Origin: the human T2T-CHM13v2.0 reference genome, Homo sapiens
Assembly (NCBI RefSeq): GCF_009914755.1
Contig: NC_060931.1
Length of the DNA stretch: 64,000 bases
Reading direction: 5' to 3' (one strand)
Below, one piece after another: positions 28,501-40,599 of the stretch (positions are counted from its first letter, which is position 1; every line of letters starts with the position of its first letter). The notes beneath the pieces were generated by a model, which was not told the DNA's origin, ran no database searches, and was given only the letters and a program-made list of their open reading frames with translations. Made by a program: the position numbers and the translations under genes.

Positions 28501-29254
28501 GGAATTGAATGTAGTGGATTAGAATGGAAAGGTATGGAATGGAATGCAATGGAATGGGATGGAATGGAATGGAATGGAATCGAATCAACCCGAGTGGAAT
28601 GGAATGTAATGGAATTTAGTGGAATGGAATGGAATGGAATAGAATCTACCCGAGTGGAATGGAATGGAATGGAATGAAATGGAATGGAATATAATGGAAT
28701 GGAATGGAATGGAATGGAATGGAAAGGAATGGAGTGGAATGGAATGGAATGGAATGGAATGGAATGGAATGGAATGGAGTGGAATGGAATAGAAAGGAAT
28801 GGAATATAATGGAATGGAATGGAATGGAATGGAATGGAATGGAATGGAATATAATGGAATGGAATGGAATGGAATGGAATGGAATGGAATGGAATGGAAT
28901 GCAATGAAATGGAATGGAATGGAATCAATCCGAGTTGAATGGAATGGAATGGAATGGAATGGAATGGAATGGAATGGAACGGAATGGAATGGAATGGAAT
29001 CTACCCAAGAAGAAAGGAATGGAATGGCTTGGAATGGAATGGAATGGAATGGAATGGAATGGAATGGAATCAAACCGAGTGGAATGGAATGGAATGGAAT
29101 GGTATCGATGCAGGTTTAATGCAATGAAATGGAATGGAATCGAATGGAATCGAATGGAACGGAATGGAATGAAACGGAATGTAATGTAATGGCATAGAAT
29201 TGAATAGGATGGAATCAACCCGAGTGGAATGGAATGGAATGGAATGCAATGGAA
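13557..29254 (-). repeat. Inverted HSat3 array (~15.7 kb; GGAAT on +)
   Basis: (GGAAT)n with CAACCCGAGT nodes throughout (e.g. 14501, 15330, 17818, 25049, 29216). It is the same family as 1-13556 but on the opposite strand. Confidence 0.97.
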
Positions 29255-29262
29255 TTCCATTG
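29247..29262. other. Strand-switch junction 2 (HSat3 - to HSat2 +): perfect 16-bp palindrome
   Basis: CAATGGAA|TTCCATTG is centred between 29254 and 29255 and contains GAATTC. HSat2 GATGAT motifs start within ~20 bp. Confidence 0.95.
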
Positions 29263-32200
29263 GATTCAATTCGATGATGATTCCATTTGATTCCATTTGA
29301 TGATTTCTTTCGATTCCTTTCAATGATTCCCTATGATTCCTTTCTGTGATGATTCCATTTGATTCCATTCGTTGGTGATTCCTTTCGATTCCATTCGATG
29401 ATGATTCCTTTCGATTCCCTTTGTTGATGATTCCGTTAGATTCCATTTGATGATAATTCCATTTGACTCCATTCGAAGATGATTCCTTTCGATTTCATTC
29501 GATGGTTCCATGTGATTCCTTTAGATGATTAATCGATTCGTTTCCATTCGATGATACCATTCGATTCCATTTGATGATGAGCCATTCAATTCAATTCCGT
29601 GATGATTCCATTTGATTCAATTTGATGATGTTTCCATTTGATTCCATTCGATGATGATTCCACTCGATTCCATTTGATGATGTTTCCATTCAAGTCCATT
29701 CAGTGAAGATTCCATTCGATTCCATTCAATTATGATTCCATTCGATTTCATTCAATGCTTCTATTTGATTCCATTCGATGGTAATTCCATTTCATTCCCT
29801 TCGATGATTCCATTCGATTCCATTCAGTGATGATTCCATTTGATTCCATCTGATGATGATTTCATTTGATCCTTTTCGATAATGATTCCATTCGAGTCCA
29901 TTTGATGATTCCATTGGAGTCCAATCAATCATTCCATTCGATTCCATTCGATGAGGATTCCATTCAAATCCATTCGATGATTCCATTCGATTTCATTTGA
30001 TGATGATTCCACTCGAGTCCATTTGATGATTCCACTCAATGCCATTTGATGATGCCTCCATTCGAGTCAATTCGATGATTCCATTTTATTCCATTCGATG
30101 ATGGTTCCATTCGAGTACATTCTATGAATCCGTTAGATTCCATTCGATGATGACTCCATTTGAGTACATTCGATGATTCCATTTGATTCCATTGGATGAT
30201 GATTCCATTCGAGTCCATTGGATGATTCCTTTTGAGTCCATTTGATGATTCCATTCTTTTCAATTCGATGATGATTCCATTATTGTCCATTCGATGATTC
30301 CATTCGAGTGTATTTGATAATTCCTTTTGAGTCCATTTGATGATTCCATTCAAGTCCATTCGATGATTCCATTCAAGTCCATTTGATGATTCCTTTCTTT
30401 TCCATTTGATGATGATTCAGTTAGGGTCAATTTGACGATTCCATTCGAGTCCATTCGATAATTCCTTTCAAGTCCATTTGATGATTCCATTCTTTTCCAT
30501 TCGATGATGATTCCATTCAAGTCCATCCGATAATTCCTTTCGAGTCCTTTTGATCACTCCATTCGAGTCCATTCGATGATTCTGTTTGATTACATTCAAT
30601 GATGATTCCATTAGAGTCCATTTGATGATTGCATTCAAGTCCATTCGATGATTGCATATGATTCCATTCAACAATGATTCCATTCGTGTCCATTTGATGA
30701 TTCCATTCATTTCCATTCAATGATGATTCCATTCGAGTGTATTTGATGATTCCATTCAAATCCATTCGATGATTATTCCATTCGAGTCCATTCAATCATT
30801 CCACTTGATTCCATTTGATGACTATTCCATTCGAATCTATTCGATGATTCCATTTGATTCCATTCAAAGATACCATTCGAGTACATTCGATGATTACACT
30901 CGATTCCATTTGATGATTATTCCATTGGAGTCCACTTAGTGAATCCTTTAGATTCCATTCGAAGATGATTCCATTCGATTCCATTCAATGATACCATTCG
31001 AATCCATTCGTTGATGATTCCATTCAAGTGCATTCGATGATATCATTCGATTCCATTTGATGATGATTCCATTTGATTCCATTTGATGATTCTATTCGAT
31101 TCCATTCAGTGATGATTCCATTGGAGTCAATTCAATGATTCCATTGGACTCCATTTGATGATGATTCCATTTAATGATTCCATTTGATTCTATTTGTTAA
31201 TGACTCTTTTGATTCCATTCTATGAAGATTCTATTGGATTCCATTTGATGATTCCATTCTATTCTATTCGACGATGATTCCGTTCGAATCCATTCGATGA
31301 TGATTGCATTTGATTCCATTCGATGATTTTATTTGATTCCATTCGACAATGATTCCGAACAATTCCATTCAATGATTCCATTCGATTCCATTAAATAATG
31401 ATTACATTCAAGTCCATTCGATGATTCCATTTGAGTCCATTTGATAATTCCATTTGAGTCCTATCAATGATTCCATTCATTTCCATTGAATGATTCCATT
31501 AGAGTCCATTCGATCATTCTGTTAGAGTCCGTTCGATGATGATTCCAATGGAGTGCATTCGATGATCCCATCTGAGTCCATTTGATAATTCCATTTGAAT
31601 CCTTTCGATGATTGCTTTCAATTCCATTTGATGATGTTTCCATTCGCGTCAATTTGATGATTCCTTTCGATTCCATTTGATGATGATTCCATTCGTGCCC
31701 ATTCAGTGATTCCAATCAATTTCATTCAATGATGCTTCCTTTTGAGTCCTTTTGATCACTCCATTCGAGTGCATTCGATGACTCTATTTGATTCCATTCG
31801 ATGATGATCCCATTCCAGTCCATTCGATGATTGCATTCAAGTCCACTCAATGATTCCATATGATTCCATTCAACATTGATTCCATTCTTGCCCATTTGAT
31901 GATTCCATTCCTTTCCATTAGATGGTGATTCAATTCGAGTCCATTCGATCATTCCACTTGATTCCATTTGATGACTATTCCATTCAAATCCATTTGATGA
32001 TTCCGTTTGATTCCATTCGATGATACCATTCGAGTGCATTTGATTATTCCACCCAATTGCATTTCTTGATTATTCCATTGGAGTCCACTTAGTGAATCCT
32101 TAAGATTCCACTCGAAGATGATTCCATTGTATTCCATTTAATGACACCATTCGATTCCATTCGTTGATGATTCCATTCGAGTGCATTGGATGATATCATT

Positions 32201-35200
32201 CAATTCCATTTGATGATGATTCCATTTGATTCCATTGGATGATTCTATTCTATTCCATTCAATGATGATTCCATTCGTGTCAATTCGATGATTCCATTGG
32301 ACTCAATTTGATGATGATTCCATTCAATGATTCCATTAGATTCCTTTCGATGATGATTCCATTGGATTCCATTTGATGATTCCTTTTGATTCCATTTGAT
32401 GATGATTCCATTCGATTCCATTTGATGATTCCATTCTATTCTATTCGATGATGATTCCATTTGATTCCTTTCGAAGATGATTGCATTCGATTCCATTTGA
32501 TGATTTTATTTGATTCCATTCGATAATGATTATGTTCAAGTCCATTCGATGATTCCATTTGAGCCCATTCGATAATTCCATTTGAGTCCTATCAATGTTT
32601 CCATTCGAGTCCTATCAATGTTTCCATTCATTTCCATTCAAGGATTCCATTAGAGTCCATTCAATCATTCTGTTAGATTCCGTTCAATGATGATACCATT
32701 GAAGTGAATTCGATGTTTCCATTTGAGTCCATTTGATAATTCCATATGAATCCATTCGATGATTGCTTTCAATTCCATTTGACGATGATTCCATTCGAGT
32801 CAATTCGATTATTCCATTCGATTCCATTTGATGATGATTGAATTCGATTCCATTCGATGATTTTATTTGATTCCATTTGATGATGATTTCGATCAATTCC
32901 ATTTGATGATTCCATTCGATTCCATTTGATAATGATTACATTCGAGTCCATTCGATGATTCCATTTGAGCCCATTCGATAATTCCATTTGAGTCCTATCA
33001 ATGATTACATTCATTTCCATTCAACGATTCCATTAGAGTCCTTTCAATCATTCCGTTAGAGTCCGTTCAATGTTGATTCCATTGGAGTGCATTGGATAAT
33101 TCCATTTGAGTCCATTTGATAATTCCATTTGAATCCATTCGATGATTGCTTTCAATTCCATTTGATGATGATTCCATTCGAATCAATTCGATGATTCCAT
33201 TTGATTCTATTCGATGATGATTCCATTCATGTCCATTCAGGGATTCCAATCAATTTCATTCGATGATGATTCCTTTTGAATCCATTCGATGATTCCATTC
33301 AATTCCATTTGATGTTGATTCCATTCGGGTTCATTTACGGATTCCCCTTGATTCCATTCGATGATGATTCCATTCGAGTCCTTTCAGTGATTCCGTTTGT
33401 TTACATTTGATGATGATTACATTCGAGTCCATTTGATGATTCCATTTAATTCCTTTAGATTATGATTCCATTCGAGTCCATTAGATGATTCCATTTGATT
33501 CCATTTGATGATAATTCCATTCGAGCCATTCGATGATTCTATTCGAATCCATTTGATGATTGCTTTCGATTATATTCGATTATGATTCCATTCTATTCCA
33601 TTCAATGATTCCATTCGATTCCATTTGATGATGATTCCATTCGATTCCATTCGACGATGATTCCATTCGAGCCCTTTCAATTATTCCATTCAATTCCATT
33701 CGCTGATGATTGCATTCGAGTCTATTCGATGATTCCATTCGATTCTATTCTATGATGATTCCATTTGGCGTCATTCAATGATTCCATTCGTTTTCATTCG
33801 ATTATGATTCCATTTGATTCCATTAGATGATTCCACTTGATTCCATTCGATCATGATTCCATTCGGGTCCATTCAATGATTCCATTCGATTCCTTTCGAT
33901 GATGATTTCTTTCGGGGCCATTCAAAGATTCTATTCAATTCCATTTGATGATTCCATTCGAGTACATTCAATGATTTCATTCGAGTCCATTCGAGGATGA
34001 TTGCTTTTGATTCCATTCCATGATTATTCCATCCATTCGATTCCATTCGAAGATTATTCCATTCGATGATTCCATTCGATTCCATTCCATGATGATTTCA
34101 TTAGAGTCCGTTCGATGATTCCATTTGATTCCATTCTCCGATGGTTACTTTCGAGTCCTTTCGATGAGTCTAATTGATTCCATACTATGATGATTCCGTT
34201 TGATTCCATTCAATGATTCCATTCTATTCCATTTAATGATGATTCCATTCGAGTACATTAGATGATTCCATTCGATTCCATTCGATGATGATTCTATTCG
34301 TGTCCATTAGATTATTCCACAGGATTCCATTCGATGATGATTCCGTTCGAGTCCATTCAAAGTTCCATTCGATTGCATTCAATGATGGTTCCATTCGATT
34401 CCATTCATTGGTGATTCCATTCAATTCAATTCACTGAATCCATTTGATTCCATTCGAAGATTCCACTTGATTCCACTTGATGATGATTCCCTTGGATTCC
34501 ATTCGATGATTCCACTTGATTCCGTTAGATGATGATTGCCTTCGATTCCATTCGATGATTCCATTCGATTCCATTTGTTGATGATACCATTTGATATCCT
34601 TTTGAATATTCCATTTGATTCAATTCGAGGCTTCCATACGATTGCATCCAATTATGATTCTATTCGAGTCCATTCGATGATTTCATTCGAGTCCATTCAA
34701 AGATTCCATTCGAGTCCATTTGATGATTCCATTCGATTCCTTTTGATGATGATTCAATTAAAGTCCGTTCAATGACTCCATTCGAGTCTATTCGATGATT
34801 CCATTCGATTCCATTCCTTGATGATTCCATTCAAGCCCAGTTGATGATTGCATTCGAATCCATTTGATGATTCCATTTGATTCCATTCAGTGATGATTTC
34901 AATCGATTATTTTCAATGATTCCATTCGATTCTAATCGATGATGATTCCAAACAATTCCACTCGTTGATTCCATTAGAATCCATTCGATGATGAGTCCAT
35001 TCATTTCAATTACATGATGATTCCATTCGATTCCATTCGATGTTGATTCCATTCGATTCCGTTGGATGATGATTCCATTCGAGTCCGTTAGATGATGATT
35101 CTATTCAAGTCCATTCTATGATGATTCCATTCGATTTCTTTCAATGATTCTATTCTATTCTATTCGATGATGATTCCATCTCATTCCATTCGATAAAACC

Positions 35201-38200
35201 ATTCAATTCCATTCTATGGTGATTCCATTCGTTTCCATTCAATGATGATTCTATTCGATTCCATTCATTGATTCCATTCAATTACATTTGATCATGACTC
35301 CAATCAATTCCTTTCGATGATTCCATTGGAATCCATTTGATGATGAGTCCATTAGTTTCAAATCCATGATGATTCCATTCGATTCAATTCGATGGTGTTT
35401 CCATTTGATTCCATTCAATGATGATTTCTTTCGATTATATTTTATGATGATTACATTCGAGTCCATTCGATGATGATTCCATTCGATTTCATTTGATGAT
35501 TCTATTCTATTCCATTCATTGATGATTCCATCGGATTCCATTTGATGATTCTATTCGATTCCATTCGATGATTCCATTTGATTCCATTCGATGATGATTC
35601 CATCTGAATCCATTCGATGATTCCAAGCTATTCCATTTGATGACTCCGTTCGATCCCATTTGATGAATCCCTTCGATTCCATTCGATGATCATTCCGTTT
35701 GATTCAATTCGGTGATTCCATTCGATTCTATTAAATTGTGATTCCATTCGACTCCATTCGATGATGATTCCATTCGATTCCATGCAATTATGATTTAACT
35801 AATTCCTTTCGATTATGATTCTATTCGAGTCCATTCAATGTATATATTCAATTCCATTTCATGATGATTTCACTCAAGTCCACTCGATGATTCCATTTGT
35901 GTCCATTCAATGATGCCATTACATTCCATTCGATCATGATTCCATTGGATGGCATTCGATGATTCCATTCGATTCCATTCAACGATGATTCCATTTGTGT
36001 CCATTTGATGATTCCGTTCAATTCCATTTGATGGTCATTCCATTCGAGTCCATTCGATAATTCCATTCAATTCCATTTGATGATGATTCTATTCTAGTCC
36101 ATTTGATGATTCCATTCGATTCCATTCAATGATGACTGCATTCTGTTCCATGTGATGATGATTCCATCAGATTCCATTCGATTTCTCCATTTGATTCCAT
36201 TCGTTGATGATTCCATTCGTTTCCATTAAATGATGATTCCATTAGATTCCATTCGATGATGATTCCTATTGATTCCATTCAATGACAACTCCTTTCAATT
36301 CCATTCAGTGATGATTCCATTCGATTCCATTCGATGGTGATTCCATTAGTGTCCATTCGATGATTCCATTTGTTTCCATTCGATGATGATTCCATTCGAG
36401 TACATTCAATGATTCCATTCAAGTCCATTCAATGATTCCTTTCGATGCCATTCAATGATGATTCCATTCGAGTGCATTCGATGATTCCATTTGATTCCAC
36501 TGAAAGACAACTCCATTCGAGTCGATTAGATGATTCCATTGGATTCCATGTGATGATGATTCCATCGAGTCAATTTTATGATACCATTTGATTCCATTCG
36601 ATGCTGCTTGCATTCAGTTCCATTCGATGATGATTCCAAAGGACTCCATTCGATGACTCCATTCGACCCCATTCATCGATGATTCCATTTGATTCCATTC
36701 GATGATGATTTCATTCAATTCCATTCGATGATGATTCCATTCGTTTCCATTTGATCATGTTTCCATTCGATTCCATTCCATGATGATTCCTTCCAATTCC
36801 ATTCAGTGATTCCATCCGTGTCCATTCGATGATGATTCCATTCGTGTCCATTTGATGATTCCATTCGAGTCACTTCATTGATTCCATCCGATATCATTTG
36901 ATGATGATTCTATTCGAGTCCAATCGATTATTCCATTCGATTCCATTTGATGATTCCATTCAAGTCCATTCGAGTATCCGTTTGAGTCTATTCGATGATT
37001 CCATTTGATTCCACTCGATGATTACTCCATTCGATTCCATTAGATGATTCCGTTTGATTCCATTTGATGATTCCCTTTGATTTCTTTTGATGATGATTCC
37101 ATTCTATTCAATTCGATGATACCATTCTATTCAATTCGAAGATGATTCCTTTTGATTCCATTTGATGATGATTCCGTTCGATTCCATTTGATGATGAATG
37201 CCTTCGGTTCAATTCAATGATGATTCCAACGGATTCCATTCGATTTCTCCATTCAATTGAATTCATTGATGATTCCATTCGTTTCCAGTAGATCATAATT
37301 CCATTGGATTCCATTTGATGATGATTAATTTCAATTCCATTCAATGATGATTCCATTCGACTCCATTTGATGATGATTCCATTCGATGATGATTCCATTC
37401 GTGTCCATTCAATTATTCCATTCGATTCCATTCCATGATGATTCCATTCGTGTCCATTGAATGATTCCATTCAAGTCCATTCGATGTTTCCTTTCGATTC
37501 CATTCAATGATGATTCCATTCGAGTCCATTCGGTGATTCCATTCGATTCCATTTGATGATGATTCTATTCGGGTCCATTCGATCACTGCCTTTGATTTCA
37601 TTCAAAGATGATTCCATTTGATTCCATTCGATGATTGCATTCTATTTCATTTGATGATGATCCCATTGGAGTCCATTCTATTATTCCATTCGATTCCACT
37701 TAACGAATCCATTGGTTTCAATTGTATGAGGATTACATTGGATTCCATTCGTTGATGATTCCATTCGATTCCATTCGATGATGATTCCACTCAATTTCAT
37801 TCGATGATTCTATTCGATTCCATTCGATGATGATTCAGTTCTATTCCATGGGATGATTCCATTCGATTCCATTGGATGATGATTCCATTCGATTCCATTC
37901 GATGATGATTCCATTCAATTCAATTCGATGATGATTCAGTTCTATTCCATGGGATGATTCCATTCGATTCCATTGGATGATGATTACATTCGATTCCATG
38001 TGATGATGATTCCATTCGATTCCATTCGATGATGATTCCATTCTATTCCATTCGATGATGATCCCATTGGATTCCATTCGAGGATGATTCCACTCGTTTC
38101 CACTCCATGATGATTCCATTCGGTTCCAGGTGATGACAATTCCATTAGATGCTGTTTGATGATTCAATGCTATTCCATTTGTTGAAGATTCCATTCTAAT

Positions 38201-40599
38201 CCATTTGATATTTATTCCATTCGATTACATTCGATGTTGATTCCATTCGATTCGATTCGATGATGATTCCATTCTATTTCATTTGATGATTCTATTTGAT
38301 ACCATTAGATGATGATTTCCTTCTATTCCATTCGATGATTCCATTCGATTCCGTTCCGTGATGATTCTTATCGGTTCCATTTGATGATTCCATTTGATTG
38401 CATTTGATGATGATCCCATTAGTGTCCATTCGATGATTCCACTCGATTCCATTTGATGATGATCCCATTCGTGTCCATTCGATGATTCCACTCAATTCCA
38501 TTCAATGAAGATTCTATACGAGTCCACTAGATGATTCCATTTGATTCCATTTGATGATGATTCCTTATGATGCCATTCGAAGATTCCATTAGATTTCATT
38601 GGATAATGATTCCATTCGTTTCCCTTCGATGATTCCATTGGATAATGATTCCATTCAATGCCATTCGAGAATTCCATTCGATTCCATTTGAGGATTCCAT
38701 TCTATTCCATTCGATGATGATTTCATACGAGTCTATTCAATGATTGCATTTGATTCCATTCGATGACGATTACATTCGAGTCCATTCGATGATTCCATTC
38801 GATTTCATTCGATGATGATTCTATTCGTTTCCATTCAATGTTTCCATTCGATTGCATTCAACGATAATTCCATTCGTGTTCATTGGATGGTTCCATTCAA
38901 TCCCATTCAATGATGATTCCATTAGAGTCCCTTCGATGATTCCATTCAGTTCCATTTGATGATGATTCCATTTTATTCCATTCAAGGATTCCATTTGATT
39001 CCATTCGTTGACTCTTCCTTTGATTCCATTCCATGATGGTTCCATTCAATTCCATATGATGATGATTCCATTTGATTCCATTAGATGATGATTCCATTCG
39101 AGTCCATTCGATGATAATTCTGTTCGAGTCTGTTCGATGGTGATTCCATTCGATTTCATTTGATGCTTATATTCAATTCCATTCAATGATGATTCCATCA
39201 GATTCCATTTGATGATTCCATTGATTCCATTCAGTGATGATTCCATTCAATTCGAATCATTGATGATTCCATTTAATTCCATTCGATGATTCAATTAGAT
39301 TCCATTCAATGATGGTTCCATTCGAGTCCATTCGTTGATTCCATTAGATTCCATTTGATGATGATTCCATTGCTGTCCATTCAATGATTCCATTAAGTTC
39401 CATTTGATGATGATTCCATTGGATTGCATTCAATGATTCCATTTTATCCCTTTCGTTGATGATTCCATTAGATTCCATTCGATGTTGATTCCATTCGACT
39501 CCACTTGATGATGATTCCATTCGATTTCACTCGATGATTCTATTCGTTTCCATTCGATGATGATTCCCTTGTCTTTCAACCAATGATTCCATTCGATTCA
39601 ATTCGATGAATACATTCGATTCCATTCAATGATGACTCCACTCTATTCCATTTGATGATTCCATGCAATTCCATTCAATGACGATTCCATTCCATTCCAT
39701 TCAATGATGATTCCATTCGTGTCCATTCGATGATTACATTTGATTGCATTCGATGAGGATTCCATTCGTGTCCATTAGATGATTCCATCCGATTCCATCT
39801 CATGATGATTCCATTCGATTCCATTCGATGATTCCATTCAATTTCATTCATTGATGATTCCATTCAATGATTCTATTCGATTCCATTCGATGATGATTCC
39901 ATTCGATGCCATTCAATGGTTACATTCGATATCCTTCGATGATGATTCTATTCAATTCCATTCAATGATTCCATTCGAGTTCATTTGATGTTCCATTTGA
40001 GTCCATTCGATATCACCATTCGATTCCATTCGGTGGTGATTCCATTCGAGTCCATTTGATGATGATTCCATTCGAGTCCACTCGATGATTCCATTCAGTT
40101 CTATTTGATGATGATTCCATTGGATTCCTTTCAATGATTCCATTAGATTCCATTTGTTCATGATTCCATTAGATTCCATTCAATGATGATTCCATTCGAC
40201 TCCATTCAGTGATGATTCCATTTGATTTCATTCGATGGTTTCAGTCGATTCCATTCAATGATAATTCCATTCGTTTCCTTTCAGTGATTCCATTCAATTC
40301 CATATGATGATGATTCCATTCGATTCGATTCGATCATGAGCCATTCGATTCAATTCCATCATGATTCTCTTTGATCTAATTCCATGATGTCTCCATTCGG
40401 TTCTATTCGATGATGATTCCATTCGATTCCATTCAAAGATGATTCCATTCGAGTCCATTTGATGATGATTCCATTGGAGTCCATTCAAAGATGATTCCAT
40501 TCGATTTCATTCAATGCTTCTACTAGATTCCATTCGATGATGATTCTATCTGATTCCATTCATTGATGATTCCATTCGAGGGCATTCGATGATTCCATT

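Noticed and set aside
1-29254. Recurring CAACCCGAGT node with variable intervening DNA, superficially CRISPR-like
   Set aside because: The 'spacers' are pentamer runs, not unique sequences. The node is ~10 bp and degenerate, there are no cas genes, and it is the known HSat3 signature.
38-29446. Hundreds of overlapping ORFs up to 364 aa (FHSIP / MEWNG repeats)
   Set aside because: A pure (CATTC)n or (GGAAT)n repeat has no stop codon in any frame. The ORFs occur in all frames on both strands and only translate the pentamer.
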